A stretch of DNA of 32,000 nucleotides, taken from NCBI GenBank assembly GCA_964401865.1, contig CAYNZZ010000012.1, positions 1-32,000 of the forward strand. The letters are read 5' to 3'. The position numbers and the translations under genes were made by a program. Below, piece after piece: positions 9,405 to 17,086 of this stretch. Source of the stretch: an uncultured Erysipelotrichaceae bacterium. GTDB lineage: Bacteria; Bacillota_I; Bacilli_A; Erysipelotrichales; Erysipelotrichaceae. Position 1 is the stretch's first letter; the number at the start of each line of letters is the position of its first letter. The notes beneath the pieces were generated by a model, which was not told the DNA's origin, did no database searches, and worked only from the letters and a program-made list of their open reading frames with translations.

Positions 9405-10100
9405 TTAATGCACAAAATTATTTTCATTTATTATAGAATCGTGTAATGACTCTAAACCTTCTTTATCATCAAACAGTCTATACACATGTCTGATAATCAT
9501 ATAAGCCATATCTTCCGCTTCCTGCTCGTCAATATTAATTGGCAACGACTCATATGCCTTATTTGTAAATAATTGAACGGCCATTTTATAATAACTAGGA
9601 TTTTTGAAAAGCTCTTTATCAAATATTTTCATCGCCTTTAAATATCCGTCGCTTTCTTCGACTTTGATGATGTAATATGGAATAAATTTATAGTTCATTC
9701 CATCCTTGTTCATCTTTATTTCTTCCTTTATCTCCTGATCGATAAGAGTGGATACTAACATCGTTTTAGCTTCATCATAACCATATTCGCTAAGCAAAAA
9801 TTCTTCTATGACATCCAAATAATCACGCACATTTAAACGATCAAAATAATTAGCAGCAATAATCTGCTGTTGAAGATCTTTACTGTTTAAATAAGCGATG
9901 ATCTCATCAATAGACAATTCTTTCTCCCTAGTCGGCGACAATTCATCAATCCTATCTAAAAATGTCAATAAAGTTTCTTCAACCGACATCGGCACATACG
10001 CCATAGTCAATTCATCATTAATTTTTTTACGAGCTTCATCGTATTTTTTTTCTTCAATCAATTCTTTGATTGAACTAATTAATTCTTCATAAAAGTCCAT
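9405..10100 (-). CDS. Acidic, predicted all-helical hypothetical protein
   Basis: 231 aa from ATG 10100 (the track uses TTG 10115). No catalytic motifs recognised. Its position next to tig and its composition recall the Mollicutes DUF3196 family, but this comes from memory only. Confidence 0.5.
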   Translation of the reverse strand: MDFYEELISSIKELIEEKKYDEARKKINDELTMAYVPMSVEETLLTFLDRIDELSPTREKELSIDEIIAYLNSKDLQQQIIAANYFDRLNVRDYLDVIEEFLLSEYGYDEAKTMLVSTLIDQEIKEEIKMNKDGMNYKFIPYYIIKVEESDGYLKAMKIFDKELFKNPSYYKMAVQLFTNKAYESLPINIDEQEAEDMAYMIIRHVYRLFDDKEGLESLHDSIINENNFVH

Positions 10101-10119
10101 AGTAAAATTATACAATAAG

Positions 10120-10147
10120 TCAAATAAAAAAGCGATTAAGACGCTTT
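10120..10147 (-). terminator. Intrinsic terminator of the hydrogenase operon
   Basis: The minus strand reads AAAGCG-TCTTAAT-CGCTTT followed by TTTATTTG, 50 nt downstream of the hydA stop. Confidence 0.6.
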
Positions 10148-10196
10148 AGTTGTATTGATAATCATAAAGTCTCCACAAGGAGGCTTTATGATTGAA

Positions 10197-11954
10197 TTAT
10201 CTGTATTTTTCTTTTTTACTGTAAGTGGTATGAAGCAATTCATGAGCTAAATGTCCATTTGGCTCGCCTAAGAATTCCTTATACAAAGCGATTATTTGAG
10301 GATTTTCATGCGATTTTCTAAGTGGCATATTTTTATCTTCATCATATAACACTTTCGCACGTTTATTACGGTATGCATCCATACCATCTTTATTTTTAAT
10401 AACACTAGACACAAATGGCTGACCACCACCATTGATACATCCGCCAGGGCAACCCATTATCTCAATGAAATGATATGGCGATAAACCTTTACGAATCTGT
10501 TCTAGTAATGGTTTAGCATTAGCCATACCAGATGCCACTGCAATCCTAACTTCTAAACCATTGATATTTAAAGTGGCTTCTTTCACTCCCTTTAATCCTC
10601 TAACAATTTCGTAATCGACATTATCAAATGACTTTCCTTCCAAAACTTCAGATACAGTTCTAAGCGCCGCTTCCATAACACCGCCAGTTGCTCCGAAAAT
10701 CACACCCGCACCAGTATATTGACCGAATAAATCTTGATCAAATTCTTCGTCAGCTAAATCAGCAAAAGGAATGCCGAAACGTTTAATTAATTCGCCACAT
10801 TCTCTAGTTGTCAAAACATAATCAACATCTTGAATTCCACCGACATTTAGATTATCAGGCTTGTTGATTTCAACCTTTTTAGCACTACAAGGCATAATTG
10901 ATACTACAACAATATTTTTAGGATCGATATTATTGACTTTAGCAAAGTGATGCTTAACAATAGATCCCAACATCATATGAGGCGATTTGCATGAACTCAA
11001 ATGATCCAAGATATCCGGATATTCAAATTCACAATATCTAACCCATCCAGGTGAACAAGAAGTAATCATCGGTAATGTCTTATTGTTCTTGATACGATCT
11101 ATAAACTCATATCCTTCTTCCATAATAGTTAAATCGGCACCAAAGTTAGTGTCATATACGCGATTAAAACCAATGGCTTTTAAAGCAGCGGTCATTCTAC
11201 CGGTTACCGAAGTGCCGATTTCCAAACCAAACTCTTCGCCAAGTGCTGCCCTTACTGCCGGAGCAGTCTGAACAACCACGAATTTATCAGGATCATTTAA
11301 AGCGTCGATCACATAATCAACATCATTTTTAACACTTAGTGCTGCTGTTGGGCAATTTATCACACATTGACCACACTGCATACAGTTGACTTCCGAAAAC
11401 GACATATCCATAGCTGGACCAACAGAAGTCTTAAAACCGCGATTATTGAAACCTAAGATGCCTAAACCCTGAACTTTTTTACACGTTTCTACACAACGTC
11501 CGCACAATACACATTTAGAAGTATCTCTTTGGATAGAGATTGCCAACTCATCAATAACTCTAGGACTTTTTTCTCCAACATATTTTACTTCTTTAATACC
11601 TAATTCATCGGTTAATTTCTGAAGTTCACATCTTTGATTACGGCTACACGACAAACAATCCTTTGAATGATTAGACATTATAAGTTCAACAGTATTCTTT
11701 CTGCCTTCTAAAGCTTTTTTTGAATGTGTAAAAACTTCCATACCATCAAAAATTGGATAAGTACAAGAGCTAACTAAAGTTCTAGCTCCTTTGACTTCAA
11801 CTAAGCAGACACGGCATGCACCTGATTGGTTAATATCTTTTAAATAACAAAGGGTTGGAATATGAATATTCAAAGATTGACAAGCTTCTAGAATTGTTTG
11901 TCCATCATTTACTTCATATGTTTTACCATTTATTTTAATTGTAATTTTCTTCAT
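10197..11954 (-). CDS. hydA: [FeFe] hydrogenase catalytic subunit, M3 (CpI-like) architecture
   Basis: 585 aa. N-terminal plant-type 2Fe-2S (CYL...CRVC...SSC). His-ligated 4Fe-4S NHSKDCLSCSRNQRC. Two ferredoxin motifs, CVLCGRCVETC and CMQCGQCVINCP. H-cluster L1 is ITSCSPGW (variant), L2 IMPCSAKKVE, L3 EIMGCPGGCINGGGQP. Confidence 0.95.
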   Translation of the reverse strand: MKKITIKINGKTYEVNDGQTILEACQSLNIHIPTLCYLKDINQSGACRVCLVEVKGARTLVSSCTYPIFDGMEVFTHSKKALEGRKNTVELIMSNHSKDCLSCSRNQRCELQKLTDELGIKEVKYVGEKSPRVIDELAISIQRDTSKCVLCGRCVETCKKVQGLGILGFNNRGFKTSVGPAMDMSFSEVNCMQCGQCVINCPTAALSVKNDVDYVIDALNDPDKFVVVQTAPAVRAALGEEFGLEIGTSVTGRMTAALKAIGFNRVYDTNFGADLTIMEEGYEFIDRIKNNKTLPMITSCSPGWVRYCEFEYPDILDHLSSCKSPHMMLGSIVKHHFAKVNNIDPKNIVVVSIMPCSAKKVEINKPDNLNVGGIQDVDYVLTTRECGELIKRFGIPFADLADEEFDQDLFGQYTGAGVIFGATGGVMEAALRTVSEVLEGKSFDNVDYEIVRGLKGVKEATLNINGLEVRIAVASGMANAKPLLEQIRKGLSPYHFIEIMGCPGGCINGGGQPFVSSVIKNKDGMDAYRNKRAKVLYDEDKNMPLRKSHENPQIIALYKEFLGEPNGHLAHELLHTTYSKKEKYR

Positions 11955-11959
11955 AATCT

Positions 11960-13756
11960 TTACCCTTTCTTAATTGCACCGAAACGACATGTTCCAAAAC
12001 AAGTACCACATTTAATACATTTCTTAGTATCAATATAGTAAGGAGTCTGGCCAGGAACACCAGATATCGCATCAACCGGACAACCTCTAGCACATAAAGA
12101 ACACTTACGACACTTATCAGGATCAATAGAGTAATGAAGCAAGTCTTTACATACACCGGCAGGACAGCGTTTTTCAACAATATGAGCAATATATTCTTCT
12201 CTAAAGTTCTTTAAAGTCGAAAGAATTGGGTTAGCAGCTGTTTGACCTAAGCCACATAGTGAATTATTTTTAACGTGGTAACATAGCTTTTCCATTTCAT
12301 CAAGCATTTCCATTGTTCCTTCACCTTTGCAGATTTTGGTGAGCATTTCTAAAAGACGTTTCGTTCCTACTCGACACGGCGTACATTTTCCACACGATTC
12401 CTCAACAATGAAATCTAAATAGAATCTTGCAACATCGACCATACAATTATCCTCATCTAAAACAATCATACCGCCTGATCCCATCATCGAACCTTTTTCA
12501 ATCAAATTATCATAATCAATAGGAACATCCAAGTCTTTTTCAGTTAAACATCCACCTGATGGACCACCAGTTTGAACAGCTTTGAACTTTTTACCATTCG
12601 GGCATCCACCGCCAATATCATAAATAACTTCACGCAAAGTGGTTCCCATCGGTATTTCGACAAGTCCTGTATTAACTATCTTTCCTCCTAGAGCAAATAC
12701 CTTAGTTCCTTTTGACTTTTCAGTACCGATACTACTAAACCAGTCAGCACCTTTCAAGATAATTTGCGGAACATTGGCATATGTTTCAACATTGTTGATG
12801 ATAGTAGGTTTTCCCCATACACCAGATTTAGCTGGGAATGGTGGTTTTGGCACTGGATTACCGCGTTTTCCTTCAATCGAAGCAATTAAAGCGGTTTCTT
12901 CACCGCACACAAAAGCGCCTGCTCCAAGTCTTATTTCGATATTAAAGCTAAAACCGCTATTCAAAATATTCTCACCCAATAAGCCTAATTCATTAGCTTG
13001 TTTGATAGCAGTCTTTAATCTAGCGACTGAAACAGGATATTCAGCACGAATATAGATATATCCAAGTTTAGCGCCAATCGCATAAGCAGCTATAGCCATC
13101 GCTTCAATAACTGAATGTGGATCACCTTCTAGTATCGACCTATCCATAAATGCCCCTGGATCTCCTTCATCAGCATTACAGATCACATACTTTTCATCAG
13201 ATTCTTCTATCGCAGCAAAACGCCATTTCTTACCGGTTGGAAAGCCTCCGCCTCCTCTTCCTCTCAATCCGGATTTTTCAATGATTTCAATTACCTCCAT
13301 TGGTGTTTTATTCTCTAATACATCACCGAGAGCTAAATACCCATCTTTAGCAATATACTCATAAATATCCTCAGGATTAATTGTTCCGCAATTCTTTAGT
13401 GCGATACGCATCTGTTTTGCATAAAAAGGTATTTTATTCACATCAAAAATCTTTTGCTTAGTTTCAGGATCAATATCAGAAAGAAGCAACCTTTCAACTG
13501 CTTTTCCTTTCAATAAATGTTCAGATACAATCTCCTCTACGTCATCAACAGTAACATGCGAATAAAATACACCGTCAGGTTGAATTGCAACAATTGGCCC
13601 TTTTTGACAAAGTCCAAAGCATCCGGTTGGAACCATCTTTATTTCATCTTTAAGCCCATACTTAATAATCATCTCTTCGAATCTGTGATATACCAGCATT
13701 GAATTAGACGAAGCGCATCCGGCAACACCACAGACCAAAACATTAATTCTTTCCAT
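11960..13756 (-). CDS. hydB: NuoF-like flavin/NAD(P)H-binding hydrogenase subunit (HydB/HndC type)
   Basis: N-terminal thioredoxin-like 2Fe-2S (VCGVAGC...TGCFGLC), FMN site GRGGGGFPTGKKW, GEETALIASIEG, N3-type ESCGKCTPCRVG, and C-terminal 2x[4Fe-4S] (CRKCSLCARGCP, CIKCGTCFGTC). The ATG at 13756 lies 8 nt after AAGGGAG; the track start at 13759 is a GTG. Confidence 0.93.
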   Translation of the reverse strand: MERINVLVCGVAGCASSNSMLVYHRFEEMIIKYGLKDEIKMVPTGCFGLCQKGPIVAIQPDGVFYSHVTVDDVEEIVSEHLLKGKAVERLLLSDIDPETKQKIFDVNKIPFYAKQMRIALKNCGTINPEDIYEYIAKDGYLALGDVLENKTPMEVIEIIEKSGLRGRGGGGFPTGKKWRFAAIEESDEKYVICNADEGDPGAFMDRSILEGDPHSVIEAMAIAAYAIGAKLGYIYIRAEYPVSVARLKTAIKQANELGLLGENILNSGFSFNIEIRLGAGAFVCGEETALIASIEGKRGNPVPKPPFPAKSGVWGKPTIINNVETYANVPQIILKGADWFSSIGTEKSKGTKVFALGGKIVNTGLVEIPMGTTLREVIYDIGGGCPNGKKFKAVQTGGPSGGCLTEKDLDVPIDYDNLIEKGSMMGSGGMIVLDEDNCMVDVARFYLDFIVEESCGKCTPCRVGTKRLLEMLTKICKGEGTMEMLDEMEKLCYHVKNNSLCGLGQTAANPILSTLKNFREEYIAHIVEKRCPAGVCKDLLHYSIDPDKCRKCSLCARGCPVDAISGVPGQTPYYIDTKKCIKCGTCFGTCRFGAIKKG

Positions 13757-13772
13757 CACTTTTGCTCCCTTC

Positions 13773-14123
13773 TTATTTTAGAGTATATTGAGAAAGCTCT
13801 TCGCCACTCAAAATATGCGAATTGAATATTTCGTTTAACTTTTTGATATCAACATTTACATACACACTCTTATTGCCAGCTTTATCCTCGACTATCATAA
13901 CCGGTTCATATCCTCTAATCGCAACATTGCCATCATGTATAACAGCACATGGATAATTGTTTTCGGCATTAAGCGACACTAAACTGTTGAGTAATGTTCT
14001 TGATGTAGCAACATCATCTTCGCTCAGTGCTATACTTACACGATATTTTTTATCAGCATCTCTTAACTTAATCATCTTCGATGATTGTTCTTGAACTTTT
14101 TTTAGTTCTCCTAGACTTTTCAT
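13773..14123 (-). CDS. HndB-like small hydrogenase subunit: thioredoxin-like ferredoxin fold without cluster cysteines
   Basis: 116 aa with its own GAGGT SD. Sits at the HndB position between the NuoE-like and NuoF-like genes. Aligns by eye with the HydB N-terminal 2Fe-2S domain, but all four ligand positions are non-Cys. Confidence 0.65.
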   Translation of the reverse strand: MKSLGELKKVQEQSSKMIKLRDADKKYRVSIALSEDDVATSRTLLNSLVSLNAENNYPCAVIHDGNVAIRGYEPVMIVEDKAGNKSVYVNVDIKKLNEIFNSHILSGEELSQYTLK

Positions 14124-14168
14124 TCATTTAACCTCGCATTAACATTTTTTATCTATCAATTTATCAAA

Positions 14169-14663
14169 TCAAACAGCTTCTCTTGCTTTTATTTCGTCAA
14201 CAATATTCACAAGTACTGTTTTATCATTTAAATTGCCATAAACTTCGCCATCTACTACTACAACTGGCGCTAAACTACAAGCACCCAAACATCTAGTTGC
14301 ATCAACAGAGAAAAGTCCATCTTCACTAGTCTTATTAACACTTGCTCCAGTTATTCTCAAAACTTCATCAAGCAAATCCTGCGCACCTTTTACATAACAA
14401 GCAGTACCGAGACACAAATTGATAACATGTTTACCTTTAGGCTCAGTAGTAAACTGCGTATAGAAAGTTACAACACCATACACATCCGCTAAAGATACAT
14501 TAGCAGCTTCGGCAATTTTAACCATTGCCTCAAAAGGCACATACCCAAACTCTTCTTGAACCTCATGTAGCATCAGTTTCACTGGTCCTCTTTTATTACG
14601 ATGTCTTTCAACAATCTGATCAATAGTCATAATTGCGGCATTGTTTAACTTTAAAACTCGCAT
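14169..14663 (-). CDS. hydC: NuoE-like [2Fe-2S] hydrogenase subunit (HydC/HndA type)
   Basis: 164 aa. Cx4C...Cx3C pattern CLGTACYVKG ... CLGACSLAPVVVVDG, typical of the NuoE/24-kDa family. First gene of the operon. Confidence 0.9.
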   Translation of the reverse strand: MRVLKLNNAAIMTIDQIVERHRNKRGPVKLMLHEVQEEFGYVPFEAMVKIAEAANVSLADVYGVVTFYTQFTTEPKGKHVINLCLGTACYVKGAQDLLDEVLRITGASVNKTSEDGLFSVDATRCLGACSLAPVVVVDGEVYGNLNDKTVLVNIVDEIKAREAV

Positions 14664-14691
14664 TTGTTTTACCTCACTTTTTCTTTCTTTA

Positions 14692-14720
14692 ATTATATAT
14701 GTATAGAGATAAAAATGTAA
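14692..14720 (-). promoter_or_regulatory. Promoter of the hydrogenase operon
   Basis: Minus strand: TTACAT (plus 14715-14720), a 17-nt spacer, then TATAAT (plus 14692-14697), about 30 nt upstream of the hydC ATG and GTGAGGT SD. Confidence 0.5.
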
Positions 14721-14782
14721 GCGTTTTAAATTTTATTTATCTTTAAAAAAATCAATACTTAACACAACTTTATTTTCGCTCG

Positions 14783-14813
14783 TGTTATAATCAAATAGTT
14801 GTTATCAAGGGAG
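14783..14813 (+). promoter_or_regulatory. Extended -10 promoter and SD for the CofE-like/DUF1846 operon
   Basis: TGtTATAAT at 14783-14791 and AAGGGAG at 14807-14813, 7 nt before ATG 14821. No good -35. Confidence 0.45.
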
Positions 14814-14820
14814 ATTATTT

Positions 14821-15501
14821 ATGAGCAAAGATAAAAGCGCCTTTATTGAAGTAAACGGAAAAAAATACGAAAGAGTTCCCGTTAAAACACATGTAGTTAC
14901 CAATAAAGACGATATTGTAGAAGTGGTAAAAAAGTACACAAATAATAAATTAGAAAATGGCGATATTGTATTTATATCGGAAAAATGTGTTGCCTGTACT
15001 CAAAATCGAGCAATACCTCTAAAAGACATTAGACCAAGTAAATTAGCAACTTTTCTTTCTGGATTTGTAACAAAAACTCCTCACGGCATCGGCTTAGGAA
15101 TGCCCGAAACAATGCATTATGCAATTAAGGAATGTGGTACTTTTAGAATACTAGTAGCCGCAGCAGCTGGTGCAATAGGCAAAGTTTTTCATAAAAAAGG
15201 CTGGTTTTATATTGTTGCCGGAAGAAAAGCGGCCTCAATCGATGGCCCTACCCCAAACACTTTGCCTCCATATAATGAATATGTAGTACTCGGCCCTTCT
15301 AATCCTAATGAAGTAGCCAGCAAAATAGCTAAAGAAATCGGTCACACAGTATGTATAGTTGACATCAACGATTTAGGTGGCAACATATTAGGATGTTCAG
15401 ATAGTAAGTTAGATTTAGATTTAATATGCAAAATACTAAAAGATAATCCTTTGGGACAAGACCATGAACAGACGCCAATCGGCATAATTAAAGCGAGGTA
15501 A
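14821..15501 (+). CDS. CofE-like (F420-0:gamma-glutamyl ligase family) protein
   Basis: 226 aa. GDIVFISEKCVACTQNR, AASIDGPTPN, VCIVDINDLGG and EQTPIGIIKA line up with recalled CofE blocks (GD.lvv.skv.SkaEGR, NAGIDASN, vIItDtnGR, G.PavvvRG). Confidence 0.6.
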   Translation: MSKDKSAFIEVNGKKYERVPVKTHVVTNKDDIVEVVKKYTNNKLENGDIVFISEKCVACTQNRAIPLKDIRPSKLATFLSGFVTKTPHGIGLGMPETMHYAIKECGTFRILVAAAAGAIGKVFHKKGWFYIVAGRKAASIDGPTPNTLPPYNEYVVLGPSNPNEVASKIAKEIGHTVCIVDINDLGGNILGCSDSKLDLDLICKILKDNPLGQDHEQTPIGIIKAR

Positions 15502-15503
15502 AT

Positions 15504-16985
15504 ATGCATACAATTGGATTTGATAATGAAAAATATATTAGCTTACAATCTGAAAAAATATTAAAAAGAATTAAACGTTTTAACAAACTCTATCTAGAGT
15601 TCGGTGGCAAATTATTTGATGATTTTCATGCTTCAAGAGTAATACCTGGTTTTGCTCCAGATAGTAAAATCAAGATGTTGATGCGTATGAAAGATAAAGT
15701 CGAAATGATGCTAGTAATCAGTGCTGAACACATTCAGAAAAATAAAGTTCGCGGAGACTTAGGAATTACTTATATTCAAGATTTATTTAGACTCATCGAT
15801 GCTTTTCGTGAAGCGGGACTCTATGTCGGAAGTGTCATCATCACCCATTACAACAAACAGTTAGAAGCTCAAAAATTAAAGAGAAAATTAGAAAAAGACA
15901 ATATTAAAGTAGCATATCACTACACTATCCCGAATTATCCAAGTGACATTGAATTAATTCTCTCGAAAGATGGCTTTGGTAAAAATGATTACATTAAAAC
16001 GGAGAGAGAGCTGGTTGTCGTAACTGCACCAGGGCCTGGAAGTGGTAAAATGGCAACTTGCTTATCTCAGATGTATCACGATAATCTAAGCGGTATAAAA
16101 GCTGGTTATGCAAAATATGAAACATTCCCGGTTTGGAATTTACTTCTTAATCATCCGGTAAATTTAGCTTATGAAGCTGCAACCATCGACTTAGATGATG
16201 TTAATATGATTGATCCGTTTCATCTAGAAAACTATGGTATTGTGGCCACAAACTACAATCGCGATGTTGAAGTGTTTCCGGTATTAAACGACTTACTAAT
16301 TAAAATTAATGGTAAACAGATTTATAAATCTCCTACTGACATGGGTGTTAACATGATCGGTTCATGCATTATCGATGATAAAGTCTGTCAAGAAGCTTCA
16401 AAATTAGAAATCATTAGAAGGTACTACGACATTTTAGTATCCGTAAGAAAAGAAGAAGCTTCTGAAGAAATGCTTAGCAAAATTGAAAAAGTCATGTCTA
16501 AAGCTGGAGTTGATAAAAATTATCGCAAGGTTGCACTTATTGCCAATGAAATCGCTGAAAAAACTAAAGAACCTGCTGTAGCTATCGAGTTGAATAATGG
16601 AAAAATCATCACCGGTAAAACTTCTAAACTAATGGGAGCATCCTCGGCTTGCCTATTGAACGCTTTAAAGGAAATTGCTGGTATCGATGATGTCAAATTG
16701 CTGTCAAGTGAAATTCTAGAACCTATTCAAGAATTAAAAACTATTCATCTAAAAGGCAATAATCCAAGACTTCACACCGACGAAACTTTAATCGCTTTAG
16801 CAATTGAATCAAAATCATCGCCATTATGCAAAAAAGCTATGGATGCTTTAGCAGAGTTAAAAGATTGTGAAGTTCATTCAACTGTTATTCTATCAGCAGT
16901 AGATCTTGGAACCTTTAAAAAGCTTGGAATGCGCGTAACTCAGGATCCGGTATATCAATATAAAAAATTATTCCACAAAAAATAA
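15504..16985 (+). CDS. DUF1846 / UPF0371 family protein
   Basis: 493 aa. The N-terminus FDNEKYISLQSEKILKRIKRFNKLYLEFGGKLFDDFHASRVIPGFAPDSKIKML matches the UPF0371 signature recalled from streptococcal/lactobacillal proteins. P-loop-like APGPGSGKM. The GAGG SD sits inside the upstream gene's end, with a 2-nt gap. Confidence 0.75.
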   Translation: MHTIGFDNEKYISLQSEKILKRIKRFNKLYLEFGGKLFDDFHASRVIPGFAPDSKIKMLMRMKDKVEMMLVISAEHIQKNKVRGDLGITYIQDLFRLIDAFREAGLYVGSVIITHYNKQLEAQKLKRKLEKDNIKVAYHYTIPNYPSDIELILSKDGFGKNDYIKTERELVVVTAPGPGSGKMATCLSQMYHDNLSGIKAGYAKYETFPVWNLLLNHPVNLAYEAATIDLDDVNMIDPFHLENYGIVATNYNRDVEVFPVLNDLLIKINGKQIYKSPTDMGVNMIGSCIIDDKVCQEASKLEIIRRYYDILVSVRKEEASEEMLSKIEKVMSKAGVDKNYRKVALIANEIAEKTKEPAVAIELNNGKIITGKTSKLMGASSACLLNALKEIAGIDDVKLLSSEILEPIQELKTIHLKGNNPRLHTDETLIALAIESKSSPLCKKAMDALAELKDCEVHSTVILSAVDLGTFKKLGMRVTQDPVYQYKKLFHKK

Positions 16986-16996
16986 TATTCTTAATC

Positions 16997-17029
16997 AAAC
17001 CTAATTTATCAATGATTAGGTTTTTATTT
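16997..17029 (+). terminator. Intrinsic terminator after the DUF1846 gene
   Basis: AAACCTAAT-ttatcaatg-ATTAGGTTT (16997-17023) followed by TTATTT. Confidence 0.65.
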
Positions 17030-17049
17030 ATGTTATTCCGAGTAAGCAA

Positions 17050-17085
17050 ATTGAAAAGGTAGTGATAAGTCAAATTATCACTACC
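17050..17085 (-). terminator. Intrinsic terminator after nth
   Basis: Perfect 11-bp stem GGTAGTGATAA/TTATCACTACC (17058-17068 and 17075-17085) with a 6-nt loop, followed on the minus strand by TTTTCAATTT. It starts 1 nt after the nth stop. Confidence 0.7.
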
Positions 17086-17086
17086 C

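Noticed and set aside
11935-12189. An 84-aa minus-strand ORF spanning the hydB/hydA junction.
   Set aside because: It is an alternative frame inside hydB, whose own frame carries the ferredoxin Cys motifs. The translation is Leu/Val-rich nonsense and has no independent start signals.
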